From Desulfatiglandales bacterium (GTDB lineage: Bacteria; Desulfobacterota; DSM-4660; Desulfatiglandales; Desulfatiglandaceae): a stretch of DNA of 64,000 bases. The translations under genes and the position numbers were made by a program. The notes below the pieces were generated by a model. It saw only the letters and a program-made list of their open reading frames with translations. It had not been told where the DNA came from and made no database searches. Where the stretch lies: NCBI GenBank assembly GCA_963662465.1, contig OY759599.1, forward strand, positions 4,832,001-4,896,000, given 5' to 3'. Of this stretch, positions 29,465 through 38,210 are shown one piece after another; position 1 is the stretch's first letter, and each line of letters opens with the position of its first letter.

Positions 29465-29732
29465 CCATCCATTTTTGACTTAGACTTTGATATCATTGTT
29501 GTGTTTTCAAGCGCTGCCGGGCTTTTACGGATCCTATTCTCCCATTTGGTGAACAAAAATATCATAGAATCACAAAAAAGTACAACTTTTCTTCTTTTTC
29601 TGGTAATTGTGATGGCAGCAGTAGTCTTCGGCATGTGTTTCTCCTTGCCGATAAGTTTTAAGTTATGCCGGAATGAGTGATTCTTAAAACTTAAAACTTA
29701 CAACTTAAAACTTACAAAAGGCAGGTAAAAAC

Positions 29733-31619
29733 ATGGCATCGAGAACCCACTGGGCCGATCAATATGTGGAGAAGAAAAAAAACGCCGTTGACGCCGTACG
29801 GCTCATCAGAGGCGGTCAGCGGGTTTTTATCGGCTCTACCTGCGGCGAACCACAGCACCTCGTCAAAGCGCTTTCGGAAACCTCCAATTGCTTCTCCGAT
29901 ATCGAGATTGTCAGATTGATGGCCCTGGAAAGCGCACCCCTGGCTCTCATTGCGGATAAAACCATGTGCAGGGCCATGAATATCAGATCCTTTTATCTCG
30001 GTTCCGCGAAAACAAGCGGCATCCGCCGGAACATGAGATTCATCACGCCGATCAATCTTTCCGAGATTCCGAGGCTTTTCAAGAGCCGGCAGTTGCCCAT
30101 TCACGTGGCCCTGATCCAGGTGTCTCCTCCGGATGACTTCGGCTGGATGAGCCTGGGTATTTCCGTGGACATTACACAGGCAGCAGCCCTTTCCGCAGAT
30201 ATGGTTATCGCCCAGATCAATTCCAGAATGCCGCGGGTCCTGGGCCAGAGTTTCATCCATGTAGACGACGTGAATGTGATTGTTGAACATGACGAACCCC
30301 TGCTGACCATCAGTCAAATGCCGGAAATGGCAACAGCCGATGCTATCGGTCAGTTAACGGCCAGATTGATCGAGGATGGGTCAACCATACAGATTGGACC
30401 GGGTGTAACATCGCAGGCAACCTTGCTGGCGCTTTCCGAAAAAAATGATCTGGGTATTCACAGCCAGTATATCACCGATGATGTCATGCACCTGGTGGCG
30501 CGGGGCGCCATCACAAACCGGAAAAAAGGGTTCAATGATGGGAAACTGGTAGCCAGCAGCGCCATCGGCAGCGAGTTGCTTTACGAATATATTCATGACA
30601 ACCCTTCTATCGATTTTTACCCTTCAGACTATGTCAATGATCCCGGTATCATCGCAAGACACAATAAAATGGTGTGTATCAATGTGGGGATGTCCATGGA
30701 TCTAACGGGACAAATGGCTGCTGATGCACTCTCTCATAATTATTATTCCGGCGTAACCGGCATCCTCGATTTCATGAGAGGGGCATCCCGCTCACCGGGC
30801 GGCAAATCCATCGTGTTATTGACCTCAACATTTTCAGGCGGAACCCAGAGCAGAATTGTTCCCATGCTCGAAAATACCGCGGTCGTCGTACCCAGAGGGG
30901 ATGTCCATTATGTGATAAGCGAATATGGGGTCGTGAACCTTTTCGGAAAAAGCTTACAAGAACGGGCCATGGCCATGATCAGCATCGCACACCCCGATTT
31001 CAGGGATGAACTGTTTTTCAGGGCAAAAGAAATGGGCCTGCTGGGCCCGGAGCGAACACTAAAGGAGTCCATTCATGGCATTTATCCCGCCAGACTGGAA
31101 GAAACCCGAAAAATAAACGGCGAAGATGTGGTTTTCCGGCCCGCAAAACCTGTGGATGAAAGGCGAATTCAGGAACATTTCTACAGTTTGAACCAAGATG
31201 ACGTGGTCGCCAGATTCTTTCATAAAAAGCACAGTTTTTTCAAGGACGACCTTGCCGATATGCTTCAGATCGATTACGTCAATGATATGACCATGGTGGC
31301 CGTAGTGGGAGAAGTCGGGTTTGGAAAGGTCATCGGCATTGGGGAATACCTGCTCGTTCCGTCAACAAACATGGCGGAAGTCGCCTTTTCCGTAAGCCGG
31401 GAATATCAAGGTAAAAAAATCGGAAAAATCCTCCTGCTCAAACTGACCCAGGCCGCACTTGAAAATGGCATTTCCGGTTTGTTTGCCATGACTTCGCCGA
31501 GCAACATGGGAATGATTCGGCTGTTTAAAACCCTGCCGTATAAGGTCAAAAGCGTGTTTGAGGACGATATGGTCGCTCTGAGTTGCCGCTTCGATGAACC
31601 ACGATTGAAAACCCCATAA
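29733..31619 (+). CDS. Acetyl-CoA hydrolase/CoA-transferase-family domain fused to a C-terminal GNAT acetyltransferase
   Basis: CGEPQ, LIQVSPPD-GWMSLG-SVD, MPRVLG, DLTGQ, SEYG; GNAT AEVAF-V-EYQGKKIG, NMGMI. Confidence 0.88.
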   Translation: MASRTHWADQYVEKKKNAVDAVRLIRGGQRVFIGSTCGEPQHLVKALSETSNCFSDIEIVRLMALESAPLALIADKTMCRAMNIRSFYLGSAKTSGIRRNMRFITPINLSEIPRLFKSRQLPIHVALIQVSPPDDFGWMSLGISVDITQAAALSADMVIAQINSRMPRVLGQSFIHVDDVNVIVEHDEPLLTISQMPEMATADAIGQLTARLIEDGSTIQIGPGVTSQATLLALSEKNDLGIHSQYITDDVMHLVARGAITNRKKGFNDGKLVASSAIGSELLYEYIHDNPSIDFYPSDYVNDPGIIARHNKMVCINVGMSMDLTGQMAADALSHNYYSGVTGILDFMRGASRSPGGKSIVLLTSTFSGGTQSRIVPMLENTAVVVPRGDVHYVISEYGVVNLFGKSLQERAMAMISIAHPDFRDELFFRAKEMGLLGPERTLKESIHGIYPARLEETRKINGEDVVFRPAKPVDERRIQEHFYSLNQDDVVARFFHKKHSFFKDDLADMLQIDYVNDMTMVAVVGEVGFGKVIGIGEYLLVPSTNMAEVAFSVSREYQGKKIGKILLLKLTQAALENGISGLFAMTSPSNMGMIRLFKTLPYKVKSVFEDDMVALSCRFDEPRLKTP

Positions 31620-31844
31620 CGGGATTTTTCCTCCCAAATTTCATACCCCTGCTTTTACCCGCCTGTCTGCCGGATAACGAGTGTCTCCAAAAAACGCGGA
31701 GTAATTTTCACTTTCCATTCTCCTTGATCTTCATGGATGACGCGCCATTTTCAGCAGGATTGAAAAACGCATCAATGCGTCAAAAATTGAGGCCCCTTGT
31801 TATTTTTTTCACAATATCCATAAGATACCGGCCCAAATTTTTAA

Positions 31845-31874
31845 TTGACAAATTGAACAGATTCAATTTAAAAC
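31845..31874 (+). promoter_or_regulatory. Sigma70-type acs promoter overlapped by a palindromic operator
   Basis: TTGACA 31845-31850; AAATTGAA-CAGA-TTCAATTT 31850-31869 fills the spacer. Confidence 0.55.
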
Positions 31875-32005
31875 GTAAAAGGCCTAGAGAAGCCCCTGAG
31901 AAATGTTGCGGAAAAACGCGGCTGTTTTTGACGATTTTCAGACTTCAAAGAGCGACCGTTTTTTCCAACTAAACCTGTTTTAATTGAACTAAGGAGGACA
32001 CAAGC

Positions 32006-34042
32006 ATGGCGGAAAAAGAAAGTGTGGAAACTTCTGAAGCGCAGATTGCTGTTCACTGGCAGGACGAGGGTTACTACTATCCTTCAACGAAATTCATTGC
32101 CCAGGCCAACATGACGGACGAAACGATTTATGAACGGTTCAGCCTGGATAATTTTCCCAACTGCTTCAAGGAATATGCGGACCTCCTGGAATGGTATGAG
32201 TACTGGCATACTATCCTTGATACCAGTGATGCGCCTTGTTGGAAATGGTTCGTCGGCGGCAAGATCAATGCAAGTTACAACTGCATTGACCGGCATCTCA
32301 AAAATCATAAAAATAAGACTGCCATCCACTTCGTTCCGGAACTGGAGAATGAGAAAATTGAGCATATTACCTACCAGGAACTGTATGTGCGGGTAAATGA
32401 GTTTGCCGCCATTCTCAGAGACTTCGCCGGACTCAAAAAAGGGGACCGGGTAACGCTTCACATGCCCATGTGTGCGGAGCTGCCCATCACCATGCTGGCC
32501 TGTGCCCGCTTAGGCATTATTCATTCGGAAGTATTCGGTGGATTCAGCGGTCGCGCCTGCGCAGACAGGATTGTGGATTCCCAGAGCAATGTTCTGATCA
32601 CCATCGACGGCTATTACCGCGGCGGCAAGCTTTTGGATCACAAACAGAATGCCGACATCGCCCTCAAACTGGCGAAAGCGGACGGCCAGATTGTGGATAA
32701 GGTTCTGGTGTGGCAACGCTATCCGGGGAAAAATTCAAGCCCCACGCCGATGGTTGAAAACCGCGACTATTTTGTCAATGACCTGCTAAAAGATTATTAC
32801 GGCGCAAGGGTGGCGCCGGTGCCCATTCCCGCGGAAGATCCCCTGTTTTTGATGTATACCAGCGGTACCACGGGGAAACCGAAAGGGTGTCAACACAGCA
32901 CGGGAGGGTATCTTGCGTATGTGACCGGAACATCAAAATATATTTTGGATATTCACCCCGAGGACGTGTACTGGTGTATGGCGGATATCGGCTGGATAAC
33001 AGGTCATTCCTATATTGTTTACGGACCTCTTTCACTTGGGGCCTCGACCGTTATCTATGAGGGCGTTCCCACTTACCCCGATGCCGGCAGGTCGTGGCGA
33101 ATTGCTCAGGAATTGGACATCAATATTTTCCATACGGCGCCTACGGCTATCCGGGCACTGCGAAAGCTCGGACCGGACGAACCCGCCAAATATAAGTATC
33201 ACTTCAAGCACATGACCACCGTTGGGGAGCCTATCGAACCCGAAGTGTGGAAATGGTACCACAAGGAGGTGGGCAAGGGCGAGGCCATCATTGTCGATAC
33301 CTGGTGGCAGACGGAAACCGGTGGATTTCTCTGCAGCACCGTGCCGGGCATAACCCCCATGAAACCCGGTAGCGCCGGCCCCGCCGTTCCGGGGATTCAT
33401 CCGGTGATTTACGATGAGGAAGGGGATATCCTTGCAGCCGGATCCGGAAAAGCAGGAAACATTTGTATTCAGAATCCCTGGCCGGGGGCCTTTCAAACCA
33501 TCTGGGGTGACCGGGACCGGTTTGTGAGTACCTATTACGCCAGGTACTGTAAGGATCCGGACAGCAAAGACTGGCGCGACTGGCCTTATCTGACGGGGGA
33601 TGCCGCGGTCCAGGCCGAGGACGGCTATTATCGAATCCTGGGAAGAATCGATGACGTAATCAATGTGTCGGGTCATCGACTCGGCACCAAAGAAATTGAA
33701 TCCGCGGCAATGGTTTGCCCTGAAGTGGCGGAGGCCGCCGTGGTTCCCGTGGCCCATGACATCAAGGGCAAGGAACCGGATCTGTATATCGCTTTAAAAC
33801 CCGGCATCGAGCCATCCGATGCCCTGGCCAAAAAGATTTCCGATACCATTTGCGATGAAATCGGAAAGATCGCAAAGCCGAGATGTGTATGGCTGGTGAA
33901 AGATATGCCCAAGACCCGTTCAGGAAAAATCATGCGAAGGGTACTGGCGTCCATCTCCAATGACAAGGATGTGGGCGATGTTACCACCCTCGCCAATCCG
34001 GAGATCGTAACGGAAATCCAGGAGATGCTGAAAAAAAAGTAA
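32006..34042 (+). CDS. acs: Acetyl-CoA synthetase (AMP-forming)
   Basis: YTSGTTGKPKG, ADIGWITGHSY, VGEPI, DTWWQTETGG, PKTRSGKIMRR; AAGGAGG RBS. Confidence 0.95.
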   Translation: MAEKESVETSEAQIAVHWQDEGYYYPSTKFIAQANMTDETIYERFSLDNFPNCFKEYADLLEWYEYWHTILDTSDAPCWKWFVGGKINASYNCIDRHLKNHKNKTAIHFVPELENEKIEHITYQELYVRVNEFAAILRDFAGLKKGDRVTLHMPMCAELPITMLACARLGIIHSEVFGGFSGRACADRIVDSQSNVLITIDGYYRGGKLLDHKQNADIALKLAKADGQIVDKVLVWQRYPGKNSSPTPMVENRDYFVNDLLKDYYGARVAPVPIPAEDPLFLMYTSGTTGKPKGCQHSTGGYLAYVTGTSKYILDIHPEDVYWCMADIGWITGHSYIVYGPLSLGASTVIYEGVPTYPDAGRSWRIAQELDINIFHTAPTAIRALRKLGPDEPAKYKYHFKHMTTVGEPIEPEVWKWYHKEVGKGEAIIVDTWWQTETGGFLCSTVPGITPMKPGSAGPAVPGIHPVIYDEEGDILAAGSGKAGNICIQNPWPGAFQTIWGDRDRFVSTYYARYCKDPDSKDWRDWPYLTGDAAVQAEDGYYRILGRIDDVINVSGHRLGTKEIESAAMVCPEVAEAAVVPVAHDIKGKEPDLYIALKPGIEPSDALAKKISDTICDEIGKIAKPRCVWLVKDMPKTRSGKIMRRVLASISNDKDVGDVTTLANPEIVTEIQEMLKKK

Positions 34043-34077
34043 GCTTCGTATGAAACTTCATGGAAAGGAAGGGGCCT

Positions 34078-35988
34078 ATGACCAACGGATATCTTGCGCA
34101 ATATAAACAGTCAATTGAGGATCCCAATGGCTTCTGGAGCGTACCGGCGGAGGATTGTCATTGGTATAAAAAATGGGACAGGGTTTTAGACGATTCAAAC
34201 AAACCATTTTACAGATGGTTTACAGGCGGAATGCTCAATACCTGTTACAATGCCCTTGACCGTCATATGGGAAACGGCATCGGGGATCAAACCGCCCTTA
34301 TTTACGACAGCCCGGTTACCGACACCATCAAAAAATTCACCTACCGTCAACTTAGAGATGAAGTTGCCCGGTTTGCCGGGGTTCTTTCGTCCAAAGGCGT
34401 TCAAAAGGGAGATCGCGTCCTTTTGTATGTGCCCATGGTTCCGGAGGCGGCCATTGCCATGCTGGCCTGTGCTCGGCTTGGCGCGGTTCATTCCGTGGTT
34501 TTCGGTGGATTTGCCTCTAAGGAACTGGCCATTCGAATCAATGACGCAAAACCGAAAGTCATCGTTTCCGCATCCTGCGGAATTGAAGGATCAAGGGTCA
34601 TTGCGTACAAACCGCTCCTCGAAGAGGCGCTGAATATTGCGGATGCAAAACCGGAGGCCTGCATCATCCTGCAGAGACCCCAGGAAACCGCTTCCATGAC
34701 AGCAGAGTTCGACTACGACTGGCATGAGGAGATGAAAAAAGCGACGCCGGCAGATTGTGTCCCGGTAGCCGCCACGGATCCCCTGTACATCCTGTACACA
34801 TCCGGCACCACCGGTATTCCCAAGGGCGTTGTTCGGGATAATGGCGGGCATATGGTTGCCCTGAAATGGACCATGGGCGCCGTTTACAATCTACAGCAGG
34901 GAGATGTTTTCTGGACTGCTTCGGATGTGGGTTGGGTTGTTGGACATTCCTACATCGTTTACGGCCCCTTGCTCAAAGGATGCACCACCGTACTTTTCGA
35001 AGGCAAACCCGTCGGCACGCCCGATGCGGGTGTATTTTGGCGCGTCATAAACGAACATAAGGTCAAAACCATGTTTACCGCCCCCACCGCATTTCGCGCC
35101 ATCAAGCGGGAGGACCCTGAAGGCAAGTTAATTGAGAATTATGACCTGTCAAACTTCAAAGCGTTGTTTTTGGCAGGGGAAAGGTTGGATCCCGATACGT
35201 TGCACTGGGCCGAAAATAAGCTGAAGGTCCCGGTCATCGATCACTGGTGGCAGACGGAAACCGGCTGGGCCATTGCGGCCAACTGTCTTGGCATCGAGCA
35301 GTTTCCCGTGAAGCAGGGATCTCCCACAAAGGCGGCGCCCGGCTGGAACATCCAGGTGGTTGATCCCAACTGTGAACAGGTGGCGCCGGGGAAAATCGGG
35401 GCCCTGGTGGTAAAACTGCCGCTTCCTCCGGGAACGCTGCCCACCCTCTGGAACAATGATAAAGGCTTTATCAAGTCTTATTTGGAAGAATTTCCAGGGT
35501 ACTATAAAACAGCGGATGCCGGATACATTGATGAGGATGGCTACGTATTCGTCATGTCGCGGACCGACGACATCATCAACGTGGCTGGACACAGGTTGTC
35601 CACGGGCGGCATGGAGGAGGTCCTTGCGGACCACCCGGACGTGGCGGAATGTGCGGTGCTGGGGGTTGAAGATAAACTCAAAGGGCAAACCCCCATCGGT
35701 TTTCTGGTTCTCAATGCCGGGGTGACGCGGGACCCTGAAGAAATCGAAAAAGAAGTGATTCAGATGGTCCGACAACGCATTGGTCCCGTAGCCTCGTTTA
35801 AAATCGCCACCATCGTAAAACGCCTGCCCAAAACAAGATCCGGGAAGATATTAAGAGGCGCCATGCGAAAGATCGCGGACAATGAAACCTTTCAGATGCC
35901 GGCGACCATTGATGATCCGGCCATTTTGAAGGAAATCGAAGAAGCACTCGTTCATAAAGGGTATGCAGGAGCAAAAAAAGATCGATAA
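34078..35988 (+). CDS. prpE: Propionyl-CoA synthetase-like acyl-CoA synthetase
   Basis: YTSGTTGIPKG-VRDNGG, SDVGWVVGHSY, AGERLD, DHWWQTETGW, PKTRSGKILR. Confidence 0.85.
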   Translation: MTNGYLAQYKQSIEDPNGFWSVPAEDCHWYKKWDRVLDDSNKPFYRWFTGGMLNTCYNALDRHMGNGIGDQTALIYDSPVTDTIKKFTYRQLRDEVARFAGVLSSKGVQKGDRVLLYVPMVPEAAIAMLACARLGAVHSVVFGGFASKELAIRINDAKPKVIVSASCGIEGSRVIAYKPLLEEALNIADAKPEACIILQRPQETASMTAEFDYDWHEEMKKATPADCVPVAATDPLYILYTSGTTGIPKGVVRDNGGHMVALKWTMGAVYNLQQGDVFWTASDVGWVVGHSYIVYGPLLKGCTTVLFEGKPVGTPDAGVFWRVINEHKVKTMFTAPTAFRAIKREDPEGKLIENYDLSNFKALFLAGERLDPDTLHWAENKLKVPVIDHWWQTETGWAIAANCLGIEQFPVKQGSPTKAAPGWNIQVVDPNCEQVAPGKIGALVVKLPLPPGTLPTLWNNDKGFIKSYLEEFPGYYKTADAGYIDEDGYVFVMSRTDDIINVAGHRLSTGGMEEVLADHPDVAECAVLGVEDKLKGQTPIGFLVLNAGVTRDPEEIEKEVIQMVRQRIGPVASFKIATIVKRLPKTRSGKILRGAMRKIADNETFQMPATIDDPAILKEIEEALVHKGYAGAKKDR

Positions 35989-36095
35989 AAGTTATCATCA
36001 TGACCAATGGAAAGGGGGGATGCATAAGAAATACACAAAAGGTACGATGGCCAAGAAATCCAATTAAAACGAACTTTTAATTAGGAGGATAGATT

Positions 36096-36344
36096 ATGAC
36101 TAACGGTGAAGCGTACTGGCAGAAAAACCTCAAACTTATGGTTGGCTGTTTAATCGTTTGGTTCGTTGTTTCATTCGGGTTCGGCATCTTCCTGGTTCAT
36201 CCACTTAACAATATTATGCTCGCCGGCTATCCGCTGGGATTCTGGTTTGCGCAACAGGGGTCCATGTATATCTTCGTAATCCTGATTTTTTTCTACGCCA
36301 ATACGATGTCAAAATATGACCGTGAATTCGGGATGGAGGAATAA
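36096..36344 (+). CDS. DUF4212 small membrane subunit of a solute symporter
   Basis: AYWQKN, GYPLGFWFAQQGS; precedes the symporter. Confidence 0.88.
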   Translation: MTNGEAYWQKNLKLMVGCLIVWFVVSFGFGIFLVHPLNNIMLAGYPLGFWFAQQGSMYIFVILIFFYANTMSKYDREFGMEE

Positions 36345-36346
36345 TC

Positions 36347-38128
36347 ATGACCCTGCAAGCCACCACTTATCTCGTTGTCGGATTAACCTTTTGTGTTTAC
36401 ATCGCCATCGCCATCATTGCTCGAGCAAAAAGCACGTCGGATTTCTATGTTGCCGGCAAGGGCATTCATCCGGTGCTCAATGGCATGGCCACGGGCGCTG
36501 ACTGGATGTCGGCGGCATCCTTTATTTCCATGGCGGGTCTGATCGCCTTTATGGGATATGATGCCTGCGTCTATCTCATGGGATGGACAGGCGGCTACGT
36601 ACTCCTTGCCATGATGCTGGCGCCATACTTACGTAAATTCGGAAAATTCACCGTACCGGAGTTTATCGGCGATCGGTACTATTCTCATGCGGCTCGACTC
36701 ACCGCGGTTATCTGCCTGATTATCTGCTCCATCACCTACGTTATCGGGCAGATGAAGGGGATTGGCGTTGCCTTTTCCCGGTTTCTCGAGGTGGAATTTG
36801 CAACGGGCCTTTACTGCGGCATGGGCATCGTGTTTGTTTATGCGGTCCTTGGGGGAATGAAAGGCATTACCTATACCCAGATTGCCCAGTACTGCGTACT
36901 GATCTTCGCCTATACGGTGCCCGCGGTCTTCATCGGCCTTCAGTTGACGGGAAACCCGGTTCCGCAGCTTGCCCTGGGTAGCCACATGTCCGATGGCAGC
37001 GGCATGTATCTGCTCGCAAAGTTGAATTCCATCTGCGTTGATCTTGGTTTTGCCGAATACACGGCCCAGAAGTGGTCAACCTGGAACATATTCCTGTTGA
37101 CCATCTCTCTGATGGTCGGTACAGCAGGACTCCCCCATGTGATCATCCGTTTCTTTACGGTGCCGAAGGTTCGTGATGCCCGTTTTTCAACGGGCTGGGC
37201 CCTGGTGTTTATCTCCCTGCTGTACACCACCGCCCCCGCGGTGGGCGCCATGGCGCGTACCAACCTCATGAATACCTTTCAGATCGGGCCGGTAGGCTCC
37301 CCCACGGGCAATCTGCTCTACGCAGACAGGCCCACCTGGTTCACCAACTGGGAAAAAACCGGACTGCTCAAGTGGGTGGACAAAAACGGGGACGGCAGAA
37401 TTCAGTATTACAACGATAAGAACAAGGCCTTTGACAAAAAAGCCGCATCATACGGGTGGAAAGGCAACGAGATGGTAAAGGTGGACAGGGATATCATGGT
37501 GCTGGCCAATCCGGAAATCGCCAACCTGCCCTTCTGGGTGATTGCCCTTGTTGCCGCGGGTGGTATTGCGGCGGCCCTTTCAACGGCTGCCGGCCTCCTG
37601 CTGGCGATCGCCTCCGCCATCTCCCATGATCTGTTGAAAAGTGTTTTCATGAAGCACATCAATGAAAAACAGGAACTGATGGCAAGCCGCATCGCCATGG
37701 CCTTCGCCATTGTTGTGGCCGGGATCCTGGGTCTGCATCCGCCCGGATTCGCGGCACAGGTGGTGGCCCTGGCCTTTGGTCTGGCCGCCTCGTCCATCTT
37801 TCCGGCATTGATGATGGGCATTTTCTCCAAAAAAGTCAATCGAACAGGCGCCATCGCCGGCATGCTCACCGGTATCGGCTCCACTCTCCTTTACATCTTT
37901 TTGTACAAGGGATGGTTCTTCATCGCGGGCACGGCGCCCCTGGTCGACAATGCGAGCGGCTGGATCCTGGGCATTAACCCCCAGGCCTTTGGCGCCGTGG
38001 GCGCTGTTTTGAATTTCGTGGTGGCCTTCGCGGTATCCAGCATGACGGAACCGGTACCGGATCATATCCAGCATCTCGTGGAAGATATCCGAGTTCCCAA
38101 GGGTGCGGGAACTGCTGTAAGTCACTGA
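36347..38128 (+). CDS. Sodium:solute symporter (ActP-like, probable acetate/monocarboxylate permease)
   Basis: FYVAG, ADWMSAASF, GGMKGITYTQ, GTAGLPHVIIRFFT; many TM helices; acs context. Confidence 0.9.
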   Translation: MTLQATTYLVVGLTFCVYIAIAIIARAKSTSDFYVAGKGIHPVLNGMATGADWMSAASFISMAGLIAFMGYDACVYLMGWTGGYVLLAMMLAPYLRKFGKFTVPEFIGDRYYSHAARLTAVICLIICSITYVIGQMKGIGVAFSRFLEVEFATGLYCGMGIVFVYAVLGGMKGITYTQIAQYCVLIFAYTVPAVFIGLQLTGNPVPQLALGSHMSDGSGMYLLAKLNSICVDLGFAEYTAQKWSTWNIFLLTISLMVGTAGLPHVIIRFFTVPKVRDARFSTGWALVFISLLYTTAPAVGAMARTNLMNTFQIGPVGSPTGNLLYADRPTWFTNWEKTGLLKWVDKNGDGRIQYYNDKNKAFDKKAASYGWKGNEMVKVDRDIMVLANPEIANLPFWVIALVAAGGIAAALSTAAGLLLAIASAISHDLLKSVFMKHINEKQELMASRIAMAFAIVVAGILGLHPPGFAAQVVALAFGLAASSIFPALMMGIFSKKVNRTGAIAGMLTGIGSTLLYIFLYKGWFFIAGTAPLVDNASGWILGINPQAFGAVGAVLNFVVAFAVSSMTEPVPDHIQHLVEDIRVPKGAGTAVSH

Positions 38129-38151
38129 TTTAGAAAACCTGGTTAAACAGC

Positions 38152-38184
38152 GGTGTGCCTGCCCCGGCAGGCACACCATTTTTT
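38152..38184 (+). terminator. Rho-independent terminator after the symporter
   Basis: GGTGTGCCTGC-CCCG-GCAGGCACACC then ATTTTTT. Confidence 0.8.
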
Positions 38185-38210
38185 AATGATGAGGATTAGA
38201 ATCGTTTAAC

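Noticed and set aside
36062..36082. AATTAAAA-CGAAC-TTTTAATT inverted repeat before the DUF4212 RBS
   Set aside because: Pure A/T arms in an AT-rich spacer; could easily be chance.
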